From Vicinamibacteria bacterium (GTDB taxonomy: Bacteria > Acidobacteriota > Vicinamibacteria > Marinacidobacterales > Marinacidobacteraceae): a stretch of DNA of 64,000 nt. The DNA lies in the NCBI GenBank assembly GCA_963422395.1, contig OY729431.1, positions 736,001 to 800,000 on the forward strand, given 5' to 3'. Position numbers and translations under genes: made by a program. This document shows positions 36,342 to 45,318 of the stretch, in pieces. The notes under the pieces were generated by a model that was given only the letters and a program-made list of their open reading frames with translations, did not search any database and had not been told where the DNA came from. Each line of letters opens with the position of its first letter. The stretch's first letter is position 1.

Positions 36342-38339
36342 TCAGTGATGCAGCAGGAACTCCGGAGAGTTCAGCAGCGCCCACTGCAGATCCTCGGCGC
36401 CGCGGCGCCGGTCTGCTTCGAGCCGCCCGGCGGCGAGCTCCGCCTCGGCTTCGCTGGGGAAGCGGGAGAGGGTGGCGAGGAACAGCTCTTCCACACAGGC
36501 GGTGCTGTCCTTCCCGGAAGCCAGCAGCTCGGAGACTCGGCCGCCGGCTTCTCCGGAGACCCGGCGGTTCACCACTCCCGACTGCATCATGAGCAGCGCC
36601 TGCAGGATCGAACCGCGGTTCCCGACCGGGGCGGGGGTCATCCGGTTGCTCTGGAAGAAGCTCTGCATCAGCGCGTCCACCTCGGCGCCCTCCCCGCGCC
36701 CGCGCCGGCCTCCCAGGTCGGACGGAGTGGTGAGTTGCTTGACGCGCTGGACCGTGGTTCCGGCGAAGGCGAACTCGGTGGGGACATCGGTGGCGCGCGC
36801 CATCGAATCCACGAGTTCCGGTCCGGTGAGGACCCGCACATAGCGTCTGGGGTAATAGCCGATCCAGCCGTCGTCCCAGTCACCGGCGAGGTGGGGGGAG
36901 AGGCCGTAGGCCGACGACTTCATGATCGTCTTCACGAGGTGCCAGAAACTGAAACCGCTGCGGCGGAAATCTTCCGCCAGGGCGTTCATCAGTTCCGGAT
37001 TCAGCGGACGGGCGGGCAGGGGGTCTTCTCCGCCTTCCGGGAGCCGCTCCATCCGGTCGAGATCGAATGCGTTGTACGGCTCCACGAAGGCCACCGTCAT
37101 CAGTTTTCCCCAGACGAGATTGACGGTCGCTCGGGCGAACTGCGGATGCTCGGTGAGCATCCGCGCCAGCGCGTCCCGCGGGTTTTCGCCGGGGCGCGGA
37201 GTCTCTCCGGTCAGCAGGAACGCCGGCTCGTACGCCAGCCCCTCGAGCCTCGGGAAGCGGCCCTCGGAGAGGGTGTGGTAAGGAGCGTCGTCGCCGGTGT
37301 CGTAGCCCCCTGCCAGATCGTCCACCAGCAGGTCCACCACCACATTCTTCGAGCGGTCGTCCCAGGTGGTGATGAGGCGGACATCCCCGAGGAAGGCGGA
37401 CTGGCGGTAGAACTCTTCGCGGGTGCGTTTCGAGAGCCACTCGTTCAGCGGCTCGAGGTGCGCGGCGCCGTCGTGGCACGAGATGCAGGAGCTGTTGATT
37501 CCGAGGAAGACCCGTGAAACATCCACCTGGAACTGATCGAGCGCGTCGAGACGGTTGTGGATGGAATAGTCGTCCGGGCTCATCACGATCCGGCTCTTCG
37601 CCTGGTGCGACCGCGCGAGGAAAGCCAGCGAGGGGATGCTGCCGTGCGCCTTGGCGACCCCGGTGAGCAGGTCCCGCACCACCTCGTCGTAGGGGCGGTC
37701 GGTGGTCAGCCATTCCTTGATCCAGCTCTGGAACGGGTTGCGCACCGGGCCCACCTGGTGGGCGAGGCGGAACAGATCGCCGAAGAACCAGGCCCACTGC
37801 TCGGCGAACTCCTCGGTTCCCACCAGCTCGTCCACCAGCCGGGCTCGCTTGTCCGGGGAGTCGTCGGCCACGAAGGCCCGCACCGTCTCCGGGGGCGGAA
37901 TGAGCCCGGTGGCGTCGAGCGTGGCCCGCCGGAGGAAGGCGGCGTCCGAGGCCGGACCGGCGTGGGGGATGCCGTTCGCTTCCCACTGCGCCCCGAGGAT
38001 CTCGTCCACCATCGTCCGGCGCGGCAGCGTTTCCGTTGTGCGGTCTCCGGACCCGGGCAGTCGAGCAGTGGACGCGATCGCGTAGTGCGCCTTCTCCATC
38101 GCCGTCTCGCTCTCGGCGGCCTCGCGATGGGCCCGGTCGGCGAGGTGGTCGGCGAGAGGCTCTTGCTGTTCCTGCGCGCCTGCCGGCGCCTGTTCGATTC
38201 CCCGGACTCCGGCGAAGGCCGCTCCTGACGCTCCCGATACGCCGGCGAGCAGGAGCGCGGCCCCGAAGAGCCGCGGCGAGATGCATGGCTGGCGGCGAAC
38301 GAGCCGGAGGCGGCGGAACGGATGGAAGAACGGTCGCAA
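36342..38339 (-). CDS. DUF1549/DUF1553 (PSCyt2/PSD1) domain protein
   Basis: FLRRATLDATGLIP, CISCHD, VNLVWGKLM, LVKTIMKSSAY, DLQWALLNSPEF. Confidence 0.85.
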   Translation of the reverse strand: MRPFFHPFRRLRLVRRQPCISPRLFGAALLLAGVSGASGAAFAGVRGIEQAPAGAQEQQEPLADHLADRAHREAAESETAMEKAHYAIASTARLPGSGDRTTETLPRRTMVDEILGAQWEANGIPHAGPASDAAFLRRATLDATGLIPPPETVRAFVADDSPDKRARLVDELVGTEEFAEQWAWFFGDLFRLAHQVGPVRNPFQSWIKEWLTTDRPYDEVVRDLLTGVAKAHGSIPSLAFLARSHQAKSRIVMSPDDYSIHNRLDALDQFQVDVSRVFLGINSSCISCHDGAAHLEPLNEWLSKRTREEFYRQSAFLGDVRLITTWDDRSKNVVVDLLVDDLAGGYDTGDDAPYHTLSEGRFPRLEGLAYEPAFLLTGETPRPGENPRDALARMLTEHPQFARATVNLVWGKLMTVAFVEPYNAFDLDRMERLPEGGEDPLPARPLNPELMNALAEDFRRSGFSFWHLVKTIMKSSAYGLSPHLAGDWDDGWIGYYPRRYVRVLTGPELVDSMARATDVPTEFAFAGTTVQRVKQLTTPSDLGGRRGRGEGAEVDALMQSFFQSNRMTPAPVGNRGSILQALLMMQSGVVNRRVSGEAGGRVSELLASGKDSTACVEELFLATLSRFPSEAEAELAAGRLEADRRRGAEDLQWALLNSPEFLLHH

Positions 38340-38461
38340 GAGAAGGAAGGCGCCCCGAAGGTCGCTCCGAAGGGGAAGAGCGATTCTACGGAGCCCCCGG
38401 AACCTCGGTCAAACGCTTCCTGCGAGCCGATTTTCTAGACCAGCCCGACCCCGGCCCTTCG

Positions 38462-39511
38462 TTACTGGCGGGTGCGGAGGGTCCGCCACGCTGCCGGCAG
38501 AAACGGGGCGCTGAGCGCCGCGTTGGCCAGCAGGAAGGTCGCGTGGGCCGAGAGGCTGTAGGCGAGAAGTGCTGCTTCGCCGCCCGGAGAGGCGGCTGCC
38601 GCGCCCGCGTGCAGGTAGAGCCAGGCAGCTTGGCTGGTTCCCACCCGCGCCACCACGATCGGCAGCGCTCCGGCCAGGAAGATGATCGGGAGGGTGGTCA
38701 GCAGCGACGACACCGGAATCCCGATGCCGAAGGCCCCGAGCGCGAAGTGATGCCCGAGAGAGGCGGCGAGGAGGAGCGGCGCCTTGAAGGCTGCCGTCGC
38801 GAGGTAGTGCCGGGCGGAGGCCTCGCGGAAGGTGCGCAGCAGGCGCCAGCGGGGAGGGCCCAGCCCGGCGCGCCGAAGCCGTCCGCGGAGGAAGGCCGCG
38901 AGGAGCACGAGTCCGAGGAGAAAGGCCGCGGCGGCGGCCGGCACCCGGTCCGGGGCCCGGCTTCCCAACACCGCGGCGCCCGCCGCCGCCCACAAGAGGA
39001 GATGGGCGCGCTGGCAGATGTCGAGGAAGAGCACCGTTCCGGCACACTCCCAGTAGCCCGACCGCCGCGGCGGCCGGTCTTCGGTGCCGCCCGCGGCCGT
39101 GTCCGGTCTCTTCGGAATGTCGGTTTCTTCTTTCCGCCGGGCGCCGAAGCGTCGGCCGAGGACGCCCACGATCGCCGCCTGCGAGGCCCGTCCGTTCCAC
39201 AGGCTCACCAGATAGTCGAGCGCACGCACCGCGAGAGCCTCCCGGAGAGCCCTCCGGAAGGACAGCTCCGGGGCGTGGAACCAGCGCAGCACTGCCGCGA
39301 GCAGTGCGCTGTCGAGGACTACATAGAGGAGGGAGACCGGCAGGAGCGCCGCGAAGAAACGGGGGAGGTCGGCGCCCGAGAGCGCGGGAAGCAACCGCTC
39401 CGGAGGGATCCGGTGGAACAGCAGGGCGAGGATCGCCAGGGCGCCGAGGAACGGAGCGGCGCCGAGGAAAAACCGGAGCGGATGTGAGCGGGGGCGGCAC
39501 GGCGGTTCCAT
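38462..39511 (-). CDS. Lysylphosphatidylglycerol-synthase TM/flippase-like membrane protein
   Basis: Multi-TM protein; LPIIFLAGALPI...VGTSQAAW resembles UPF0104. Confidence 0.5.
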   Translation of the reverse strand: MEPPCRPRSHPLRFFLGAAPFLGALAILALLFHRIPPERLLPALSGADLPRFFAALLPVSLLYVVLDSALLAAVLRWFHAPELSFRRALREALAVRALDYLVSLWNGRASQAAIVGVLGRRFGARRKEETDIPKRPDTAAGGTEDRPPRRSGYWECAGTVLFLDICQRAHLLLWAAAGAAVLGSRAPDRVPAAAAAFLLGLVLLAAFLRGRLRRAGLGPPRWRLLRTFREASARHYLATAAFKAPLLLAASLGHHFALGAFGIGIPVSSLLTTLPIIFLAGALPIVVARVGTSQAAWLYLHAGAAAASPGGEAALLAYSLSAHATFLLANAALSAPFLPAAWRTLRTRQ

Positions 39512-39563
39512 CTGCTCTTCCGAACCGGCCTCCGAACCGAATCCGCCCGACCGAAAGGCCCAC

Positions 39564-40286
39564 TCAGCGGTCCAGCCCGGTGACCCGGAAGCCGGCGTGC
39601 TGCGCCGGCCCCCGGTTCAGGTCGAGCAGGATTCCGAGTGCGGCTTCCGCCGCCCGCGATCTTGCCAGCGCGCCGGCCGGCACTGCCCGGAGTCCGGTGC
39701 GACCCGCGGCGGCGGCGGCTTCTTCGCGGTCGGCCTCCCGGTCGGCGAAGACCAGCACATCCGGGACGTCCGGCGGTTTTCCCTTCGGAGGATGTGGCGC
39801 GGCATCGGGCTCCGAGATCTGGCCGCCCCGCGGGCTCGGCGGCGGTTCGGCGAGCACCGCGGCGGCGACGGTCTGGAACGCCGCCGCGACCCGCAGGCGG
39901 CGGACGCCTGCTCGGCGGAGAACCCGTTCGGTTTCCTCGGCGGCGGAGGTGTTCGGCCGGGCGCCGGGAGGCCAGATCACCCCGCAGCAGATGACGAGCC
40001 TGCCGTCGAGGATGGGCGCGAGCTCCTCGAGCAGCGCTTCCTGCCCGGCGAAAGGCACGGCGAGGAAGACCGGCTCCGCTGCTGCCGCCGCCTCCCGATT
40101 CGCCGCGCCGGAGATCTCCAGGGGGGACGGCCCGCGCGCCATGAGCCGCGCCGCCGCCTCTTCCGCGCGTCGGGCGCTGCGCGAGCCGATCCGCACCGCG
40201 GCTCCTCCGAGCGCGAGCCGCCAGGCGAGTTCGAGCCCGAAGCGCCCGGTGCCGCCGAGCACCGCTGCCAGGCGAACTCCGCTCAC
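39564..40286 (-). CDS. npdG: NADPH-dependent F420 reductase
   Basis: VLGGTGRFG, IGSRSARRA, LAVPF, SAAEE, AAFQTV; coupled to cofE. Confidence 0.7.
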   Translation of the reverse strand: MSGVRLAAVLGGTGRFGLELAWRLALGGAAVRIGSRSARRAEEAAARLMARGPSPLEISGAANREAAAAAEPVFLAVPFAGQEALLEELAPILDGRLVICCGVIWPPGARPNTSAAEETERVLRRAGVRRLRVAAAFQTVAAAVLAEPPPSPRGGQISEPDAAPHPPKGKPPDVPDVLVFADREADREEAAAAAGRTGLRAVPAGALARSRAAEAALGILLDLNRGPAQHAGFRVTGLDR

Positions 40287-41056
40287 CGGAAGAAGTCCTC
40301 GCCCCGGTCGCGCAGCAGGTCGGCCCCGGTGCCCGGCGGTCCGTCCCCGACGAGGGCGGGGACCCCGCGCACCAGCACCGCCGGAATCCGCCGCAGCTTG
40401 CCCATCAGCAGGCCGGCGGCTGCCGCCAGTTCATCCGCGACCGCGATGGTGGAGGATCGGAGGGTGCGTCCGAGAGTGCGTCCCGCCGGGTCCTGCTGGC
40501 CGCGGTAGTCGAGCAGCGCCGGCACCCCCGCTACCCCGATCGCCACCTCGACCGCTCCGAGGCGGAAGGGCCGGCCCCAGGTGTCGGTGAGGATCACCCC
40601 CACCTTCACCCCCTCGTTCGCGGACTCCCCCGAGAGCCGCCCGGCGAGCTCGCGCGCCGACCGGTCCGGATCCACCGGCAGCAGGCAGAGCGTTCCGGGA
40701 GGAGCGTTCGAGCGGTCCACCCCCGAGTTGGCGCAGACGAAGCCGTGGCGGGTCTCGGTGATGAGCACCGGACCGGCGGTGCGGACCACCCGCTGCGCCT
40801 CGGCGAGCACGGTGTGCACTTCAGCGGGGTCCCGGCGGTTTTCGAGCGCCCACGCGGCCGCGGCCTTCGTCGGTTCGATCCGGTCGGTACGGACCAGGCG
40901 GCCTTCCGCCTTGGAGACCACCTTTTGGCAGACGACGAGCACATCCCCGTCCGCCGGCTCTGCGCCGACTCTGGCGGCAGCGCTCCGAATCCGTCCGGCG
41001 AGATCGTCTCCGGGGCGGATCTCGGGGATCCCTTCGATTCCGAGGAGCTGGAGCAC
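40283..41056 (-). CDS. cofE: Coenzyme F420-0:L-glutamate ligase
   Basis: GIPEIRPGDDL, QKVVSKAEG, HGFVCANSGVDRSN, DTWGRPFR, ADELAAAA. Confidence 0.88.
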   Translation of the reverse strand: MLQLLGIEGIPEIRPGDDLAGRIRSAAARVGAEPADGDVLVVCQKVVSKAEGRLVRTDRIEPTKAAAAWALENRRDPAEVHTVLAEAQRVVRTAGPVLITETRHGFVCANSGVDRSNAPPGTLCLLPVDPDRSARELAGRLSGESANEGVKVGVILTDTWGRPFRLGAVEVAIGVAGVPALLDYRGQQDPAGRTLGRTLRSSTIAVADELAAAAGLLMGKLRRIPAVLVRGVPALVGDGPPGTGADLLRDRGEDFFR

Positions 41057-41083
41057 CGGAGGGGGCGGCTGCCCGGGGTCGGT

Positions 41084-41971
41084 TCAGGGAGACGCCGGAG
41101 CGGCTTCGAAGTCGAGGAAGTCGTAGTGGACGCGGCGGCGGATGCGGCGGAAGAAGTACATCCGGGCGTCCACGGAAAGGGTCACGCGCTGGGGCAGCCA
41201 GATGCGGCCGTCGAACTCGCTTGAAACATCCGCGCTCGTGCCGCGGAAGAGCCGGCCGAAGAGGCCGAGGGCGAAGCTCTCCTCCCGGAGGAGTTCCGTC
41301 CGCACCCGGGCGATCTGGAGCTCCGCGGGGTCCACCCAGAGCTCGCCGCGGCACTTGGACACCACCGACATCATGCGGTTGGGCAGGCGGCCGGTGCCGG
41401 AGCGCGGCCGGAAGCGGACGATCTGCATCGCGCGACCGCCCCAGGGCTCGCCCGCGAACAACTCTCCCTCGAACATGTCGAGTTCCATCGCGTCGCGCAC
41501 GATCTCGTAGAAGAGGTCCATCCCGTTCTTCGGGCGGACCTCGTAGTCGGTGTCGCCGCGTTCTTCGGCCTCGCGGTCCGCTTCGGCTTCCTTGCGGGCC
41601 GCCTTCACCGCGTTCCGGTAGCGGCGTTCTTCCCGTCGCCAGCGGCGTCTGCCGATGGGCTCCTCGTCGAGCTCCAGCAGCTTCCAGAGGTGACGCCCGG
41701 CGACCGGGGTGTACTCGTAGAGCGCGCTCGCGGTGCCGGTCACTTCCCGATTCTCGTCGAGCGCCTCGGTGGTGATCCGCTGGCGGAAGCGGAGCCTCCC
41801 CTCGATGGGCCGGATCTCCTTCCGGTGGTCCAGGACCCGCCGGAGGAGCGCTTCGGCTGCCTGCTGGCCGCCGAGCCGGACTTCCTGCCCGTTTTCCTGT
41901 CCGACTCCCTGCCTCGGGGGAGCTTCGCTCCCCGCCGCTGCGGCGAGAAAGGCGATGGCGAGCAGCGGCAT
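41084..41971 (-). CDS. Secreted hypothetical protein
   Basis: Signal peptide; FRPR, GELWVD and WLP motifs typical of beta-rich periplasmic proteins. Confidence 0.6.
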   Translation of the reverse strand: MPLLAIAFLAAAAGSEAPPRQGVGQENGQEVRLGGQQAAEALLRRVLDHRKEIRPIEGRLRFRQRITTEALDENREVTGTASALYEYTPVAGRHLWKLLELDEEPIGRRRWRREERRYRNAVKAARKEAEADREAEERGDTDYEVRPKNGMDLFYEIVRDAMELDMFEGELFAGEPWGGRAMQIVRFRPRSGTGRLPNRMMSVVSKCRGELWVDPAELQIARVRTELLREESFALGLFGRLFRGTSADVSSEFDGRIWLPQRVTLSVDARMYFFRRIRRRVHYDFLDFEAAPASP

Positions 41972-42112
41972 CGCGGAGAAGTCTAGGAGCCTGCGGCAGC
42001 GGCCGGGAATCGCGACTCGGAATCCGGTCCCGACGGCAGCGAAACCGCCTCCAGCCGAAAACAGCTGTTGCGCCCGAGGCTACGGCTCGGGCGCGGCGCA
42101 GCGGGGGAAAGT

Positions 42113-42138
42113 GTGAAAGGGGGTTTACCCCCGTTCAC
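42113..42138. promoter_or_regulatory. Near-perfect inverted repeat in a divergent intergenic region (possible operator)
   Basis: GTGAAAGGGGGT-TT-ACCCCCGTTCAC, 11/12 arm match. Confidence 0.35.
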
Positions 42139-42284
42139 CGAATAGTGACACCGAAGCCGAACTCGCTGCCTCCGGCAGCAGTTCGGATTCGCGGCGCGCA
42201 GCGCCGGGCGGTTCGGGAGCGGGGCATCCTCCCTCTTCCCCCAAGAATGCCCGACGCCATCCTGACGCCCCGCTCCCGGACCGC

Positions 42285-42320
42285 TCAGTCTCAGTCTCGG
42301 TCTCAGTCTCAGTCTCGGCC
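42285..42320 (+). repeat. Hexamer microsatellite (TCRGTC) x6
   Basis: tcagtc tcagtc tcggtc tcagtc tcagtc tcggcc. Confidence 0.8.
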
Positions 42321-42344
42321 CCGGGTTCCGTTACGGTTCCCGAA

Positions 42345-44111
42345 GTGTCGTTCTCGGGGCTCGACTGGATCGTCTTTTCGTTCTGTCTCACGGTGGCACT
42401 CGGGGTCGGTTTCGCCGCGGCGCGGACCGCGGGGGCCGACGCCAACTCCTTCTTCCTCGCCGGCCGCCGTCTCCCGTGGTGGATTCTCGGCACCTCGATG
42501 GTGGCGACGACCTTTTCCACCGACACCCCGAACCTGGTCGCCGAACTGGTCCGGCAGAACGGAGTCGCCGCGAACTGGACCTGGTGGGCGTTCTGCCTCA
42601 CGGGGATGCTCACCGTCTTCGTCTTCGCGCCGCTCTGGCGCAGGAGCGGCCTCTCGACCGATCTCGGCTTCTACGAGATTCGCTACGCCGGCCGGCCGGC
42701 GGCCTTCCTGCGCGGCTTTCGCGCCCTCTACCTCGGGGTCTTCTTCAACTGCGTCGTCATCGCTACCGTGACTCTCGCCGGAGCCAAGATCGCGGGGGTC
42801 CTGTTCGGTCTGGAAAAGGGGACGGCGATCCTCGCGGCGGGCGCGCTCGCCGCCGCCTACGCGGTGGCCGCCGGCTTCTGGGGGGTGGTGGTCACCGACC
42901 TGCTGCAGTTCGTGATCTCGCTGGCCGGTGCGCTCGTCGCCGCGGTCTGGGCGCTCGATCACCCGGCGGTGGGAGGGCTCTCCGGAATCGCCGAGCGCTT
43001 CGGCGACCACCTGGCTCTGGTGCCTCCCCCGGGGAGCGAAGCCTTCGCGGTGCTCTTCATCGTTCCGGTGGCTCTTCAGTGGTGGAGCGTCTGGTATCCC
43101 GGGGCCGAACCCGGCGGCGGCGGCTATATCGCCCAGCGGATGCTCGCCGCCCGGAGCGAGCGGGACGCGCTCTTCGGAACCCTGTGGTTCAACATCGCCC
43201 ACTACGCCCTGAGGCCCTGGCCGTGGATCCTGGTCGCGCTGGCATCGCTCGCGGTGTATCCCGATCTCGCGTCGCTGCGGCAGGCGCTCCCCGGTCTCGA
43301 CCCCGCGCTCGTCGGCGACGATCTGGCCTATCCGCTGATGCTCCGACTCCTGCCGCCGGGGCTTCTCGGGCTGGCCGCGGCTTCGCTCCTCGGCGCCTAC
43401 ATGTCCACCGTGGACACCCATTTGAACTGGGGCGCGTCCTATCTGGTGGAGGATGTCTACCGGCGATTCCTCCGGCCCGGCGCGCCGGCGCGCGAGTCGG
43501 TGATGGTGGCCCGGATCGCTACTGTCCTGCTGATGACCGCAGCGGGGTTCCTGACCATGGCTCTCGACACCGCGCTGAGCGGCTTCGGGCTCCTCTTGCA
43601 GATCGGCGCCGGTACCGGGCTGCTCTTCATCGCCCGCTGGCTTTGGTGGCGGATCAATGCCTGGAGCGAGATCGCCGCGATGGCAGGTTCGCTCCTCACC
43701 GCGGTGTCTCTCCCGGTGTTCGGAATCGCGCCGGGTTCGATTCCCGGCCTCGTCCTCGGACTCGGAGTGACGACCGCCATCTGGTTGGGCGTCACTCTCC
43801 TCACTCCGCCGGAGCCCGCCGCGGCGCTGGACCGGTTCGTTCGCCGGACCCGACCGCCAGCCGCTGGCTGGAAGGCTGCCTATCGCGGTACCGGTCTCGA
43901 TGCCGCCCCGTCGGGACGGGCGTTCGCCGCCTGGCCGGTCGCCTGCGTTATGGTCTATTCGGTGCTCTTCGGGACCGCGGCGCTGCTCTTCGGCCGGGGC
44001 GCCGCGGCCGTGACCGGCTGGACGGCGCTCGCGCTCGGTGCGGCGGTGCTGCTCGTCCGGTTGCTTCGCCGGCCCTCTCCCGAAACCGCTGTCCCGAAAC
44101 CCTTCCCTTGA
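42345..44111 (+). CDS. Sodium:solute symporter family protein
   Basis: FFLAGRRLPWW, SMVATTFSTDTP, GGGYIAQRMLAAR, YMSTVDTHLNWG. Confidence 0.88.
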   Translation: MSFSGLDWIVFSFCLTVALGVGFAAARTAGADANSFFLAGRRLPWWILGTSMVATTFSTDTPNLVAELVRQNGVAANWTWWAFCLTGMLTVFVFAPLWRRSGLSTDLGFYEIRYAGRPAAFLRGFRALYLGVFFNCVVIATVTLAGAKIAGVLFGLEKGTAILAAGALAAAYAVAAGFWGVVVTDLLQFVISLAGALVAAVWALDHPAVGGLSGIAERFGDHLALVPPPGSEAFAVLFIVPVALQWWSVWYPGAEPGGGGYIAQRMLAARSERDALFGTLWFNIAHYALRPWPWILVALASLAVYPDLASLRQALPGLDPALVGDDLAYPLMLRLLPPGLLGLAAASLLGAYMSTVDTHLNWGASYLVEDVYRRFLRPGAPARESVMVARIATVLLMTAAGFLTMALDTALSGFGLLLQIGAGTGLLFIARWLWWRINAWSEIAAMAGSLLTAVSLPVFGIAPGSIPGLVLGLGVTTAIWLGVTLLTPPEPAAALDRFVRRTRPPAAGWKAAYRGTGLDAAPSGRAFAAWPVACVMVYSVLFGTAALLFGRGAAAVTGWTALALGAAVLLVRLLRRPSPETAVPKPFP

Positions 44112-44147
44112 AGTCGTTGATCCGAAAAACTTTTTGGCGTCCGCGGA

Positions 44148-45272
44148 TCAGAAACGGCGGCGAAGAGTGTCCCGGTCGATGAGTCGGACTCGGGCCTCGA
44201 GTTCCTGCCCCTCGCGCCAGAGCAGCAGCGCCACCTCGTCGCCCACCCGATAGTTGGTTTCCAGCAGCAGCATGAGCTCGCGTTCTTTTTCCACTCTCCG
44301 GCCATCCACCGCGAGCAGGTAGTCGCCGCCGTAGCGAATCCGCAAGTTGCCGAGGCGCGCCGTCCGTCCGGCCCCCCGGAGCCCGGCCCGGTCGGCAGGT
44401 CCGCCCCGCGCCACCGCGCGGACCATCAGGCCGCCCCCGTCGGGGGCGGCGATCCCGGCGCGGCGAAAGGCCCGGGCGAAGCGGTGCGGCACTTCCTGGA
44501 GCGAGAGGGCCAGGTGTGGGTGGGGGTAGCGGCCGCTGCGGATCAGCTCGGGCACCACCCGCGCCACCGTCGCCGAGGGGATGGCGTAACCGATCCCCGT
44601 CGAGGTGCCGGTGGGGCTCACGATGGCGCTGTTCACGCCCACCACCCGGCCGTCCAGATCGAGCAGCGGCCCTCCCGAATTCCCGGAGTTGATGGCGGCG
44701 TCGGTCTGGATGATCTCGCCGATGAAGCGGCGGTCGGGGCTTGCGATCACCCGGCCGAGTCCGCTCACCACTCCGGTGGTGAGCGTCTGGTCGAGGCCGA
44801 AGGGGTGGCCGAGCGCGACCACGAAGCGGCCGACTTCGAGCGCTTCGGAATCGCCCAGGATCAGGGGCGCAGGCTCGTCGGCACCCGGGGCGACCCGGAT
44901 GACGGCCAGGTCGTTCGTCGGATCGGCGCCGACGAGTTGCGCGTCGCGCACCTCGCCGCTGCGGAAGGTGACCTGGAGCTGGTCCGCCGCTTCCACCACA
45001 TGGAAGTTCGTGACGATGTGGCCGTCTCCGTCGTAGAGGAAGCCGGATCCCGAACCCTGCTGGATCACCGGGCCGCGGAACCACTCGTAACCCTGGGTCT
45101 CCGAGGTGATGTTCACGACTGCCGGACTCGCAGTGCGGTGGACCGCGGATACCCGCCGCTCGAGTTCGATCTGCGGAGCCGCCCCGGCGGCCGGGAAAGC
45201 ACCGAGAAGCCAGAGCGCGGCGGCAGTTCGCCGGGTTGCCGGACCGGTGCGGGAACTCGCGGACGGCGCCAT
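44148..45272 (-). CDS. HtrA/DegP-like S1C serine protease with one PDZ domain
   Basis: GSGSGF, VTNFHVV, DLAVI, IQTDAAINSGNSGGPL. Confidence 0.88.
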   Translation of the reverse strand: MAPSASSRTGPATRRTAAALWLLGAFPAAGAAPQIELERRVSAVHRTASPAVVNITSETQGYEWFRGPVIQQGSGSGFLYDGDGHIVTNFHVVEAADQLQVTFRSGEVRDAQLVGADPTNDLAVIRVAPGADEPAPLILGDSEALEVGRFVVALGHPFGLDQTLTTGVVSGLGRVIASPDRRFIGEIIQTDAAINSGNSGGPLLDLDGRVVGVNSAIVSPTGTSTGIGYAIPSATVARVVPELIRSGRYPHPHLALSLQEVPHRFARAFRRAGIAAPDGGGLMVRAVARGGPADRAGLRGAGRTARLGNLRIRYGGDYLLAVDGRRVEKERELMLLLETNYRVGDEVALLLWREGQELEARVRLIDRDTLRRRF

Positions 45273-45296
45273 GCCTTCCGCCCTGTTACGATTTTC

Positions 45297-45315
45297 GATC
45301 ATGGAATCCATTTTC
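45297..45315. promoter_or_regulatory. Putative Fur box
   Basis: GATCATGGAATCCATTTTC matches 13/19 of GATAATGATAATCATTATC and lies 3 nt before the Fe(III)-binding protein ATG. Confidence 0.5.
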
Positions 45316-45318
45316 AAG

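Noticed and set aside
42285-42320. Possible CRISPR or iteron array
   Set aside because: Only a hexamer microsatellite with no spacers, and no cas or rep genes.
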